Notes: a model not told the origin generated them from the sequence alone. DNA of 64,000 nt from an uncultured Candidatus Bathyarchaeia archaeon (GCA_964601325.1 CAZRNA010000003.1:4629-68628); one strand, 5' to 3'; counted from the stretch's first letter, positions 1-9,823 are shown. Numbers and translations: made by a program.

Positions 1-1492
1 CTCCGCTGCCCTTCCATCCAACGAATGTTTGAGCTCCGGGCCATGCTCCTGTTGTGGCTCCACCGCGTCTGTTGGCATAAGCTACTCCGAATTCGATCGT
101 GTTCATGAATTTCTGAACCTCTTGTGGATCTTCTGCGAAGATGCCTGCAGTGAGACCATAGTCCGTATCGTTCGCCTTCCTCAGCGCCTCATCCAGAGTC
201 TTGAACTCGTCAACTACAATCAGCGGCACGAACAGCTCCTCAGTGAAGAGTCGATGCTCCCTCGGAAGGCCCGTGATCACAGTAGGCTCCACATAGTAGC
301 CTCTAGCGAGGTCTCCGTCGCTGAGAACATGACCGCCGCAAACGATCGTGCCTCCACTACGCTTTGCATCCTCGACTGCCTTAGTGAATCTCTTAACTGC
401 GGTCTGGTTGATGAGAGGCCCGAGGAATACGTCCTTGCGTCGCGGGTCGCCCACGACGAGTTCTCTCACTCTCGTGGTGAGCATATCGAGGAACTGTGAT
501 TTCACGATGTCCTGAACGTAAACTCGTGATGTTGCGCTGCACTTCTGGCCATCGTACCCGAACGATGCTCGGATGATTCCTTCCACTGCTTTCTTGAGAT
601 CTGCGCTCGCTGTCACTATGGTCGGGTTCTTGCTCCCCATTTCTAGCACCATCGGCTTCGGGTAGGATTGATTGGCAAGGAACTCGCGACGGAGTCTCAG
701 TCCAACATCACGCGATCCAGTGAACGCGATTCCCGCGACATCTGGATTCGACGTGAACTCTTCCTCGAACTCCGGACCTGGACCTGTGACGTAGTTCACC
801 ACTCCCTTGGGCACGCCCGCGTCACGATAGATCTTGTAGAGCATCAATCCAGTGAGGGGCGCTTCGCTTGTGGGTTTGAGAACGATAGTGTTCCCCGTGA
901 ATAGAGCTCCGAGGGCCATGCCGTTGGCGAGCATGAACGGAAAATTGAACGGTGAGATAACCACCCACACACCATACGGCTTGGAGACCACTCTGCAGTC
1001 TTCGCCGGGGGCACCCGGGCCAAGCTTCTTCGTGTAGCCGTTGTTCTCTTCCATCAGGTTTGCGTAGTATCGTATCGCGTCCACAGCTTCGGAGGCTTCA
1101 GCCGATGCCTCTAGCCTCGTCTTGCCGACCTCGTATGTTATCGAGGCGGCAATCTCAAATTTCTTCTGATCCATCAGATCCGCCGCTCGACGCATAATTC
1201 GGACACGTTCCTGCCACTGCATGCCGCTCCACGCTTCGAGAGACTTCTTCGCAGCCTCGATTGCGAGTTGTGCATGTCTTCTTGTGCCCTTTTGGAAATG
1301 TCCCACAACTATCGAGGTATCAATGGGGCTTCTATGCTCGAACTCTCCGTCATCGGACTGAACCTCCTCACCGTCAATATACATCGGATGGTACTGATCC
1401 AGATCGTGTCCAAGGCGCTCGAGCGCGGCCTCGTACTCTGCATCCATTCTCTCATCCCCTGAGAGCGTAACGTACGTAACTTTGGAAGTCAA
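1..1492 (-). CDS. Aldehyde dehydrogenase, P5C-dehydrogenase-like (3' end runs off the window)
   Basis: Not in the ORF track. Manual translation from TTG at 1492: MTSKVTYVTL...ISPFNFP...LKPTSEAP...FTGSRDVG...LEMGSKNP...GQKCSATSR...EELFVP...YGLTAGIF...FVGWKGSG, with catalytic Glu and Cys present. Confidence 0.92.
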   Translation of the reverse strand, partial: MTSKVTYVTLSGDERMDAEYEAALERLGHDLDQYHPMYIDGEEVQSDDGEFEHRSPIDTSIVVGHFQKGTRRHAQLAIEAAKKSLEAWSGMQWQERVRIMRRAADLMDQKKFEIAASITYEVGKTRLEASAEASEAVDAIRYYANLMEENNGYTKKLGPGAPGEDCRVVSKPYGVWVVISPFNFPFMLANGMALGALFTGNTIVLKPTSEAPLTGLMLYKIYRDAGVPKGVVNYVTGPGPEFEEEFTSNPDVAGIAFTGSRDVGLRLRREFLANQSYPKPMVLEMGSKNPTIVTASADLKKAVEGIIRASFGYDGQKCSATSRVYVQDIVKSQFLDMLTTRVRELVVGDPRRKDVFLGPLINQTAVKRFTKAVEDAKRSGGTIVCGGHVLSDGDLARGYYVEPTVITGLPREHRLFTEELFVPLIVVDEFKTLDEALRKANDTDYGLTAGIFAEDPQEVQKFMNTIEFGVAYANRRGGATTGAWPGAQTFVGWKGSG

Positions 1493-1707
1493 CAGAACAC
1501 CCTCAGCAATTGACATAAGGACCCAATGGCTGGGATTTTAGGCTGGGTTCTTTGACAAAGCAATCCTAGGTCAGTATTTCATCTCAAGTCGACAAGAATC
1601 TCTGCGCTCACTTGTCACATTTAGCAACAAAAGAAGGTCGTCTGGGCCATATGCAAATGTCTCTTCAAATGGCCCCTGGCGTACCTTATGTTGCGTGAGG
1701 ACGGTCC

Positions 1708-2076
1708 ATGAATACCTGCCAGACTCTGAATGTTTGCTCTCGAAAGGAATGGCGGCGTTGGTTGTCAAAACACTACAAGAGCAAGAATGGCATCTGGCTG
1801 GTTTTTCACAAGAAGTCGAGTGGAGAACCAACAATCGACTACGACGAAGCCGTAGAGGAGGCAATCTGCTTCGGTTGGATCGATGGGCAGATCAGACGGG
1901 TAGATGACCACAAGCACATGCGACGCTTCACACCGCGCCGTCAGAGAAGCAATTGGTCAGACAGCAACAAGCGTCGTGCCTTGGGCATGCTGCGCCAAGG
2001 AAAGATGACTGAAGCCGGCCGATCGGTGCTGCCACTTGATGTTCTGGATGATAAGAGAAAGAGAGCGGAGATCTGA
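1708..2076 (+). CDS. YdeI/OmpD-associated family protein (N-terminal domain)
   Basis: RKEWRRWL...GIWLVFHKK...YDEAVEEAICFGWIDG...RFTPRR..SNWS is the family signature. Confidence 0.85.
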   Translation: MNTCQTLNVCSRKEWRRWLSKHYKSKNGIWLVFHKKSSGEPTIDYDEAVEEAICFGWIDGQIRRVDDHKHMRRFTPRRQRSNWSDSNKRRALGMLRQGKMTEAGRSVLPLDVLDDKRKRAEI

Positions 2077-2095
2077 GTCTCTGTCTCTTGAGTTC

Positions 2096-2701
2096 TCACT
2101 GGTAGTAACCAAACGGGAGTTCTAGTCTCTCTGCAACCTTGCGTGCTGTTGCCGCGTCAAATATCAGTTCTAGCAGTCTGAGGCCGAGGTCTATCGAAGA
2201 GGAAACCCCGGCAGAAGTGACTACGTTGCCGTCAACGTGCGCTCTCCCTCCGGCAGGCTCAGCGTACCCCTCAAGTTCCTTCACGTACCACTGATGAGTC
2301 AACGCTTTCTTCCCGTCTAGTATTCCTGCTGCGCCCAGTAGCAGAGATCCTGTGCAGACCGAACAGATCACGTGGTCGTTCCCGAATTGGCGCAGTTTCT
2401 CCAGAAAACCGTCGTCCTTCATGAGCGGCCTAATGCCTCCCCCGCCTGGAATTATCAAGGCGTCATAAGGGGTGAAGTCAGATGAGACTTTGTCCGGTAA
2501 GACCTTTAGTCCGTTTGTGCATGAAACCGGAGATTCAGTGGCGAGTACATCAACGCGCAGAGGTCTGTCCAGCTTCAGCGCTCCCTCCTTCAGCATCGTG
2601 TTCGCGCTGCCAAGTACTTCGTAGACCCCTACGAAATCAAATTCTTCAACATCTGGAAAAATGAAGATGGCAAAGTATCTGATTTTCTTGAAGTCTACCA
2701 T
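2096..2701 (-). CDS. DJ-1/PfpI family protein (InhA-like)
   Basis: VEEFDFVGVYEV, LIIPGG, nucleophile motif SVCTG, VTSAGVSSSID. Confidence 0.9.
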   Translation of the reverse strand: MVDFKKIRYFAIFIFPDVEEFDFVGVYEVLGSANTMLKEGALKLDRPLRVDVLATESPVSCTNGLKVLPDKVSSDFTPYDALIIPGGGGIRPLMKDDGFLEKLRQFGNDHVICSVCTGSLLLGAAGILDGKKALTHQWYVKELEGYAEPAGGRAHVDGNVVTSAGVSSSIDLGLRLLELIFDAATARKVAERLELPFGYYQ

Positions 2702-2814
2702 GTTTCTGATTCACGGCTCAGACATTGTGTTCCATCAGGATTATCAAATAGATATGAAAGCCTCGCTACGCAGACATCAGATAGACGAGTGATGCACGTG
2801 AAGAGGTCCGAGCT

Positions 2815-3861
2815 GTGAGAAAGACCCTGTCTCCTGCGTTCGTGCTATTCTTCTTGGCTCCCGTGATACCGGAACTACTCACGGGAAGCACGCCGCTGGC
2901 GAATTTCTTGAACCCATTCGGGTTCGGCTTGTTGGTCGGGCTGTATGGCAGCGGTGCCGTGGTTGTGCGTGAACTGACGTATCGCTGGGGGAAGGGCTGG
3001 CCAACTGTCTTGAGCCTTGGGGCTGCATACGGAATCATCGAAGAAGGGCTTATGGTTAGGAGTTTCTTCAGCCCCAACTGGCCTGACTTGGGCGTCTTGG
3101 CTCAGTACGGTCGCTGGGCTGGAGTCAACCTGATCTGGGCTCTACAGCTCACCGTCTTTCATGCGGTTTTCAGCATCACAATGCCGATTATGTTGGTGAA
3201 CCTGATCTTCCAGACCCAGCGGTCGCGGTCCTGGGTCAAGGGACGAACCCTGTTCCTGTTAGGCGCCGTGCTGGTGATTGAGGTCATGCTGGGTTTCCTA
3301 CTGTTCCCTTACAATCCGCCTCCGATCCAGTATCTTATCGCAGTCTTGACCGTGGCTGGACTGTTCTGGTTAGGAAAGCGTCTGCCCCGCTCTATTTTCG
3401 GGAGGAGAGAAACTAGAGTCAGAAGTCCGTTCATATTCGGACTTGTGGGGGCCCTAGGTACCGTCGCATTCTTCCTGGTCTTCTGGGGGCTCCCGAGCAC
3501 AGGGCTTCCTGTTCCAGTGACAATTGCTGTGAGCACGGCGTATCTTGTGGTCGTTGCTTGGATCATTCTGAGAATGACAGGCAACGGGCATCTTTGGTCG
3601 GATATGCATCAACTAGGACTAGTCAGCGGAGCTGTCAGCCCGTTCATTATCTTGGCACCACTGCGGGAACTTTCCAAAACCCAGCCGAAGAACCTCGCAG
3701 GCATAACTCTGGTAGCTTTGCTCTTCGCGGTGTTGTTGGGGTTGATGGCATTACGAATCAGGCGGAGAGAATCCCGTGTTGTGCGAGCTTACTGCATGAA
3801 TTGTGGGGTCGCCGTGACGCCAGAAGATATCTACTGTCGCGAATGCGGCGGAAGATTGTGA
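2815..3861 (+). CDS. Multi-pass membrane protein with C-terminal zinc ribbon
   Basis: About 9 hydrophobic segments; PELLTGS and YGIIEEGL motifs; C-terminal CMNCG...CRECG. Confidence 0.8.
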   Translation: MRKTLSPAFVLFFLAPVIPELLTGSTPLANFLNPFGFGLLVGLYGSGAVVVRELTYRWGKGWPTVLSLGAAYGIIEEGLMVRSFFSPNWPDLGVLAQYGRWAGVNLIWALQLTVFHAVFSITMPIMLVNLIFQTQRSRSWVKGRTLFLLGAVLVIEVMLGFLLFPYNPPPIQYLIAVLTVAGLFWLGKRLPRSIFGRRETRVRSPFIFGLVGALGTVAFFLVFWGLPSTGLPVPVTIAVSTAYLVVVAWIILRMTGNGHLWSDMHQLGLVSGAVSPFIILAPLRELSKTQPKNLAGITLVALLFAVLLGLMALRIRRRESRVVRAYCMNCGVAVTPEDIYCRECGGRL

Positions 3862-3864
3862 GCA

Positions 3865-4347
3865 CTACGTCCTCTGTTCGGTTTCGTTGGCTTGTTCTGG
3901 AGATTCTCGATTCTGTATGCCGATGATGACGCCGACTCGAGTCTTCGGATCAATCCTCATGGAAACCCCGAACACCCGAGTTGAATCATCTCGAGTCAAA
4001 TACCGGACCTCAACGTCGCGCACATTGTAAGTCGACATTTCGCCGGATAATTGCATCGCTGTGCCACATCGAGTACAGAATCGAGCTTGGGCATAGTCGA
4101 TCGTAGAGCATCTAGGACATTGAATCAGGTTCTTGTTGAGCAAAGTAATTCTGTCGAGCAGGCCTGACAGCTGTCTCCCGTTGCCGAGCTCACTGTAAGA
4201 CTGACTAGACAATGCCAGATCAGAACGTGAAGCACCGTATAGTTTCGTGCGTAAGATCCCGCGTAGTAGAACAACGGCCGCAGCCGTTCCAGAAAGCACT
4301 GAGAAGACGAGGAATGCACTCTCAGTTGCGAGTGGAGCCAAGCTCAT
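3865..4347 (-). CDS. Membrane-anchored zinc-ribbon protein
   Basis: N-terminal TM helix; CPRC...CTRCG. Confidence 0.7.
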   Translation of the reverse strand: MSLAPLATESAFLVFSVLSGTAAAVVLLRGILRTKLYGASRSDLALSSQSYSELGNGRQLSGLLDRITLLNKNLIQCPRCSTIDYAQARFCTRCGTAMQLSGEMSTYNVRDVEVRYLTRDDSTRVFGVSMRIDPKTRVGVIIGIQNRESPEQANETEQRT

Positions 4348-4575
4348 ACTGACGGCAACGGCGGATTGGATATATCAATGTTCCGCAATAGGCACATCAT
4401 TGTACTCCATGAGGCTCTGACCCCACAAGAAACTCATGGGGGCTCCCTCCGGAACCTCTCTTGCTGGCCGTTCAGACTGGGATGACGAAGTGCATGAGCG
4501 AGCGCCTCGGCCTCAAGCCCGGCATAAGCTGTGGGCATCATCCGAAACAGAGACGAAATCCAAACGATGAGAGAA

Positions 4576-6147
4576 CTATGACCTCTTTCGAAATCGTTTG
4601 AAGTTAAGCATGAATAGTCCGAGGATCACGCCGAGAAGAACCGCCTCGATTGAGAATCCCGGGATTTCTCGTTGTGCCGCAGCGGAAGAGGATTCAGAGA
4701 GGATCGATGATGAAGTCCATGCCGTTTCCGTTGTGATTGGTGGCAATGTTGTGCCAGAAGATGAAGTCGAACTGGTTGTTGTCGACATTGTCGGACTTGG
4801 CATTTCGTTGAGCAAGATCGCTGCTGAGTAGGGAGGCAGTGTGACGCTCGTCACCGCTCGGTAGCTGACCTCACCCGTCGGGTTGCCAGATGGGGATACG
4901 GGTCCACCGCCGCTGGTTTGTGCCAGGTAATAGGTTCCTCCTAGGTTGACTGTGATTGTTGTTCCGCTACTGTCCTGAGCATTGAGCAACACGAAGCCAT
5001 TGTCAAATGTGCGGCGATAGACGTGTTTCACCGGGTCGTACAGGTTAGCGATGTCCGAGCCTGCGCTCTGTGTGGGGGCGCCTATCGGAATATCATACTC
5101 TGGATACCATTCCGGCCCTTCGCCCTGCATGATGTTCAGGAAGGTTTGAGTGCCTTTGACGAGCAGGTAGGTCCCTAGAACGAACGTGCGCTCCTGATCA
5201 CCACTGACGTAACTTTGTCCAATGATTACTTTGTCTTGCACAACCAGTCCGAGAACTCGGTTCGTCTGCAGCTGCCAGTCGCTGTAAGGATACGGGCTTT
5301 GGTCTGCTTCTATGGCGAAGCCCTCTATCATCACCCCATCGGCTGGACTGTAGTCGGTGCGGTCACGGGAGTTGATCCAGTTCCCAACGTTTGGAAGGAT
5401 GTAATAGCCTCCGATCGGTTGGGTCTGCAACCAGGATAGCCAGTCCGAAATGCGGTTTGACCACGCGTTCTCAAAAGCCTCGTCCACGGCAGGCAAGCTA
5501 GGATCGTAGTGGTCGTACCCCATATAGTTGGGCACACTGAGGCTGTCCATGAAAACGCCGTCATCATCGTTGACTTGAACTTGTCGTAGGACTTCGCCTT
5601 GCCAGTAGGTGCGCCAACCGCTTTCATCTAGATTCATCAGGTACCAGCCCCAATCACAATTGTAGACGCGGTTCGCACTTCCCTCAGGGTAGCGATAGAA
5701 CCAGTTTTCCTCAGCAGAGTTCGGATATTCGCGAACCCAATCATTGCCCTCGATGATAGCAAGCCAATCACCGGTTGGTTGACACCGGCTCTCAGGAGCA
5801 CGATAACCTAGCCCCAATCCTAGCCGGTAATGCAAGATGACGAAGCTCGGGTTGATACCGCGTAGGCGATCAGCGTCGATTCGTAGCATTTTCTGTGTTC
5901 CGGCGTAGTGAGTGGCGGAGAAGCCCCACTGGTCGTCACTCATTCCCGCGGAAAGTTGATCACTGAAGATGTGGACGCCGCGCGTGGTATCAGGGAGCCG
6001 ACGTGCAGAGACGGCGGATAGATTGTCAAGGTCCCTGCGTGAGGTTTCATGAGCAAAGCTGCGGTCGTAGCTCCAAACGTAGGTCGGAAGTGTTAGCGCT
6101 AAGAGGATTAGAATGAATGTTGAGAACAGCAAAATCTTGGTCTTCAA
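4576..6147 (-). CDS. Secreted, cell-surface putative glycoside hydrolase (GHL15-like TIM barrel) with Ser/Thr linker and PGF-CTERM-like anchor
   Basis: Signal peptide; DDGVFMDS and DGVMIEGF motifs; YRRTFDNGFVLLN; Thr/Ser-rich linker; C-terminal IPGF + TM + KRFRKRS. Confidence 0.75.
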   Translation of the reverse strand: MKTKILLFSTFILILLALTLPTYVWSYDRSFAHETSRRDLDNLSAVSARRLPDTTRGVHIFSDQLSAGMSDDQWGFSATHYAGTQKMLRIDADRLRGINPSFVILHYRLGLGLGYRAPESRCQPTGDWLAIIEGNDWVREYPNSAEENWFYRYPEGSANRVYNCDWGWYLMNLDESGWRTYWQGEVLRQVQVNDDDGVFMDSLSVPNYMGYDHYDPSLPAVDEAFENAWSNRISDWLSWLQTQPIGGYYILPNVGNWINSRDRTDYSPADGVMIEGFAIEADQSPYPYSDWQLQTNRVLGLVVQDKVIIGQSYVSGDQERTFVLGTYLLVKGTQTFLNIMQGEGPEWYPEYDIPIGAPTQSAGSDIANLYDPVKHVYRRTFDNGFVLLNAQDSSGTTITVNLGGTYYLAQTSGGGPVSPSGNPTGEVSYRAVTSVTLPPYSAAILLNEMPSPTMSTTTSSTSSSGTTLPPITTETAWTSSSILSESSSAAAQREIPGFSIEAVLLGVILGLFMLNFKRFRKRS

Positions 6148-6663
6148 TGAAGCTCACGTAGTTATGCACCTTTGGCAACATAACATTATGTCACCTGATC
6201 CCAAAGCAAGTGAGCGGCATCTATCCTATGATTCGATCAACGGGAGACATGAGGGCTCTCAACAGAAGGCTCGGGCCCGGGGGAACTCTGTACCGAAGGT
6301 TGAGGAAACCGATTCTACTAGGCCAAGGTGGATGGCTTCTCGGTTTTGGGCCTGTACCGACCTTCTGTAGCGAGCATTTTGAGGGCTTCTAGTTCTCAAA
6401 AGTGACTTGCATGATGAGTTCTGCGTTGGGGCTGCCAAGTCCGGCCCTATTCAATCAGTTCTTGGATGTGTTAAATGGTCTTGCTTTCTTCGTCTCTATT
6501 GAAATCCTGTGCGTCAGAGAGGCACTCAACTCTCATCTGTCAGGATCTGGTGTCGTTATTCATGAAAGATGAGATGCTTCGCGACTGGTGAGAGATCATT
6601 CAATGAGTGAAGGCTGTTGTAGCCCGAATGGGGGGTCGTGGGCGTAGGCCGCTGATGTGTGAC

Positions 6664-6765
6664 TCAGCTGGGATTTCTGCTTGATTTCGTACGCTTCCTC
6701 ATGCCTTGCTTTTTCTTCTGCCTTTTTCGCATACCATGGTCTGACTTGCTCAATTTGTGGGTCAA
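6664..6765 (-). CDS. Putative 33-aa basic peptide
   Basis: GGAGAT upstream of TTG; MTHKLSKSDHGMRKRQKKKQGMRKRTKSSRNPS; co-oriented with 6823..7089. Confidence 0.3.
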   Translation of the reverse strand: MTHKLSKSDHGMRKRQKKKQGMRKRTKSSRNPS

Positions 6766-6822
6766 GCTACTATCTCCTGCAATTGCTGGCCGACATGTGT
6801 TGCCGCCTCTACTTCAGGATAC

Positions 6823-7089
6823 CTAGCGCCGACGTGGTTTCGGCTTAGGCTGGATTGAACTCGCTGGAGTCTTGGTTACTTCTCCGCGAGACGAGACGGT
6901 GGCTGCAAACTGCTCTTTCACGCCCGCCTCCGTGACGTAGGTTCCTTTGACTTTCCAAGCACCTTTTTCGTCCGGGCCTTCAGTTTCTTCCTCAGTGGTC
7001 AGAGAAACGATCTTGCCGTGAAAAGTTCTTGTTCCGAGGAAGTATTTTCTTACTACGCTTCTTGCGTCCTCAGCGTTTCCTATTCGCAT
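6823..7089 (-). CDS. Hypothetical protein (small alpha/beta fold, basic tail)
   Basis: ORF with protein-like composition; ATG at 7089 preferred over 7128. Confidence 0.65.
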   Translation of the reverse strand: MRIGNAEDARSVVRKYFLGTRTFHGKIVSLTTEEETEGPDEKGAWKVKGTYVTEAGVKEQFAATVSSRGEVTKTPASSIQPKPKPRRR

Positions 7090-7183
7090 CTTCGCCCCTA
7101 CTTTGAACAAGTGAATAGGTGAAGGCACAAGATATTAGAGCATCGACTGAGGCCGCAACTGGTGATGCGTTTCATTTCACCTC

Positions 7184-7220
7184 TCAGCATCTTCCGATGC
7201 TGAAATAGGCAGCGTTATTA
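7184..7220 (+). promoter_or_regulatory. Perfect inverted repeat directly upstream of a TATA-like box for the TRAM gene
   Basis: TCAGCATC-TTCC-GATGCTGA at 7184-7203; TTATTA at 7215-7220. Confidence 0.45.
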
Positions 7221-7351
7221 GTGTCGGTGCCATGATGACCGAACAGGTTAGCTGTACGGGCTGAAGCCAAGCGTCCTACCGTAACCATCCGTGTCGGCGT
7301 CTAAGTTTTCTCCCGAAAAACTAGCTGAACGAAACGAACGAGGTGAAACGC

Positions 7352-7558
7352 ATGAGCTTTGAACGTTCCTTCAACAAGCCGGTTGAGGAAGGTAAGGAGT
7401 ACGAGCTTGAGATCAAAGAGACTAGCCGTCGAGGAGACGGAGTAGCTCGGATCGAGGGCTTCGTAGTCTTTGTTCCACAAACCAAACCTGGCGATAAAGT
7501 GAAGGTCAAGATTAATTCTGTTGGTCCAAGATTCGCCACAGGCGAAGTCGTCCAATAG
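7352..7558 (+). CDS. Single TRAM-domain RNA chaperone (archaeal cold-shock-type)
   Basis: PVEEGKEYELEI...GDGVARIEGFVVFVP.TKPGDKVKVKI..VGPRFATGEVV; GAGGTGA ribosome-binding site before ATG 7352. Confidence 0.95.
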   Translation: MSFERSFNKPVEEGKEYELEIKETSRRGDGVARIEGFVVFVPQTKPGDKVKVKINSVGPRFATGEVVQ

Positions 7559-7563
7559 AACCC

Positions 7564-7612
7564 CGGGAGGATTTCCTCCCGATTTCCCTTTTTCTCTTTT
7601 TTTCTCTTCTCT
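7564..7612 (+). terminator. Hairpin plus pyrimidine tract after the TRAM gene
   Basis: GGGAGG-ATTT-CCTCCC followed by a long T/C run. Confidence 0.6.
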
Positions 7613-7681
7613 TGATGTTGACTTTCCGAATAGCAACCGCTATCTTAAGCTTGATCGGAGAAATTGCGCGTCGGGCTGAAC

Positions 7682-8053
7682 TCATGCTACTACTTCGAAG
7701 TAGTGGCGGTTTCCTTTCATATCTTCCTCGTAATCGTACTTCTTGCCCGTCTTTCGATCAACGTAGAGGCCTGAGCCGATGTGGTCTATCTGCATACCGT
7801 TGATTCGGGCCGTGTCATAATCGAGAATATTGATGTAGTTGCGGCCTTCCGTTGGCTTCCAATCCTGCATTGGTTGCGATTCGCTTGTCTCCAAGATCTG
7901 GAGAAAAGTCCGCGGTGAACTTGTTTCCTCATGGCCGTTGGGGCACTTGAATATCTTCGAGTCCATGAAGTCATTAAATTTCGTGTATGTCCCCGTGAAT
8001 TGGAAGTTGGTGCCGCATTTTCGGCAAGTGCACACGAAAACTCGATCTGACAT
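7682..8053 (-). CDS. Hypothetical zinc-binding protein
   Basis: CTCRKCG and CPNGH motifs. Confidence 0.75.
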   Translation of the reverse strand: MSDRVFVCTCRKCGTNFQFTGTYTKFNDFMDSKIFKCPNGHEETSSPRTFLQILETSESQPMQDWKPTEGRNYINILDYDTARINGMQIDHIGSGLYVDRKTGKKYDYEEDMKGNRHYFEVVA

Positions 8054-8683
8054 AGCCTACTACAGGACGCCCGCCTTATAGGTGTCCCTATAATTCAAGA
8101 ATGATTGTTGGATCGTTGACGATGCGAGGAACTGAAAAAAGGATCGGAGATGGGTTGCGTCACCGAATGAATTGCTTCCGTCGGCGGTCAATCTCTGCAG
8201 CTAGCAACTCAGGAGTGCGTCGCTGCGCCCAATAAATGCTCTTCAAACAACCTCACCGCCCCAGAATACCACATTCTTCCACGTATAAGGAGGATCAGAT
8301 GCGACATATCAACCGATAGCAAGCACTATCGAATCTAAACACCCTTGAGAGACTCGCATCCGCGAATTCACCGTAGCGACCACTTGCATATGAGAAGAGA
8401 ATCCTGCTTGAATCTGACAAGTCTAGGCGTCTGGCAAGAATCCTTAGGGATCAGTTTGAAACCCACGCTTGGGACCGTCAACTGGACACTTCTTGAGGCG
8501 ACTTTTCTCCGATTCAGGTTCTAGAGATGACTTGTGATACGTTTCACGGTTCCTTCCAATAACTCTCTCGTCGCTCATCATCTCCGCGTAGTCAGAAACG
8601 TAGAGACAGTTCGGATCATCTATCTTGAACTAGTATATGCGTTGTGGCATCCGCAAAGACAGTGGCGGAGCGGCTTGTAGGTC

Positions 8684-9046
8684 TCAGGGGTCGCGAACGA
8701 AATGGGGCATTTCCCGTGGGATTTCCAGAGAGAGTTCCATGAACCCCCGATATCTCTCATCCACATGCCATGGTGTTTGATAGATCAGTTTTCTGACGCC
8801 ATTCTTCTCTATTGTGTAGGCGTTTGCTTGGCGATTGTCCATCAGCTCTTTGAGTTTCGTGCGGGCTGGTTCAGGGTGACAAGCCCACAAATTGGTGCCG
8901 ATCAGTTTTTCCCCGCCTTGGTCACGGAAGTCCTCAATGGCCTTATCGTTTAACTCGATGATGGTTCCAGTTGAGTCGCAGACAGTGATTGCGCCTGGGA
9001 ATTCCTTTACCCATGTGTGACCTGAAGTCCCGCTCATTGATCTCAA
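8684..9046 (-). CDS. Stand-alone PAS-domain protein
   Basis: AITVCDSTGTII..N, LIGTNL.ACHPEP, YTIEKNGVRKLIYQTPW. Confidence 0.85.
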   Translation of the reverse strand: MRSMSGTSGHTWVKEFPGAITVCDSTGTIIELNDKAIEDFRDQGGEKLIGTNLWACHPEPARTKLKELMDNRQANAYTIEKNGVRKLIYQTPWHVDERYRGFMELSLEIPREMPHFVRDP

Positions 9047-9158
9047 CCCATCCTAGGTGCAGTTCAGTTCTGAAGAACATTTACCGGTTATTTGGCTTCT
9101 GTGCAGGCCATTGGACTCACCTATGAGAAGCGTCTAGCGTTGTGTTCTCTGCGCTGGC

Positions 9159-9710
9159 TCATCTGTGTAGCGTTTGTGTTGTGTGCGTTGTGGCGTGCAC
9201 AACCCGTGCTGACCCACTGAAGTCCTTTGATGACGACGATTCTGCTGATGTACACGGAGGAAGGCAGACTTGGTCGGCGTTGTCCAGTAACCGGATTAGT
9301 TCGTCAGCTACTTCAGTCACGTCTGCCTTCTGGGACACTACCACCTTCGCGCAGCCGGCTTCTCTGGGCACTTCGATTTCATAGTGTGAGCCCTTATCCG
9401 TGACGGAGTAGCGGACGCCTCGAAGCAGGTCTGTCACTACGTACACGTCGCTGGTGCTATCTTTGAGTGTCTGCAATTCCATTTCGGTCACCTCGAAGGG
9501 AAGTCTGGCCATTGGTTTGTTGGAGAGCCCCACTAACCATTGATTCCTCTGGAGTTGCTCGGCGGCCTCCGGTGGAGTCCAAGCCTTCGAACGGTCAAGC
9601 GTCATGTTCAATGGAACCGCACGAATGAAACTCAGTTTGAACTCGTCGATCTTCGGCAGGTACGAGCCGACGATCCCGAGCTTACGGATCACGTTCGTTG
9701 CGATGCTCAT
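9159..9710 (-). CDS. Hypothetical protein, divergent from the Bat-type regulator
   Basis: 183-aa ORF with GGTGAT ribosome-binding site; no recognised family. Confidence 0.7.
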   Translation of the reverse strand: MSIATNVIRKLGIVGSYLPKIDEFKLSFIRAVPLNMTLDRSKAWTPPEAAEQLQRNQWLVGLSNKPMARLPFEVTEMELQTLKDSTSDVYVVTDLLRGVRYSVTDKGSHYEIEVPREAGCAKVVVSQKADVTEVADELIRLLDNADQVCLPPCTSAESSSSKDFSGSARVVHATTHTTQTLHR

Positions 9711-9761
9711 TCACATCACCACGGGAAGCATACTACATCGAACTGACGGTTGTGTCTTCTA

Positions 9762-9823
9762 CCGTCGTATGATGGTGACTTTGAGTCGTCGTATGGTAAG
9801 ATCGCGGTCCCGTCCTATGACGG
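9762..9823. promoter_or_regulatory. Three 14-bp pseudo-palindromic operator-like repeats at 24-bp period
   Basis: CCGTCGTATGATGG (9762), TCGTCGTATGGTAA (9786), CCGTCCTATGACGG (9810). Confidence 0.65.

Noticed and set aside
29..1470. Plus-strand ORFs listed in the track
   Set aside because: Antisense shadows of the aldehyde dehydrogenase. The same applies to most short overlapping ORFs elsewhere.
4470..4555. GGATGA...TCATCC-GAAA as a hammerhead ribozyme
   Set aside because: Lacks the CUGANGA core and three-stem layout.
7232..7330. Stand-alone C/D box sRNA
   Set aside because: No proper C' box or paired 10-12-nt guides; kept only as a possible leader motif.
8440..8470. TTTGAAACCCACG resembling the tRNA-Ser T arm, as a possible att site bounding an island
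   Set aside because: Short gapped match and no integrase; chance is plausible.
8060..8680. Short ORFs in the 620-bp gap
   Set aside because: No motif or convincing ribosome-binding site; cannot be supported.
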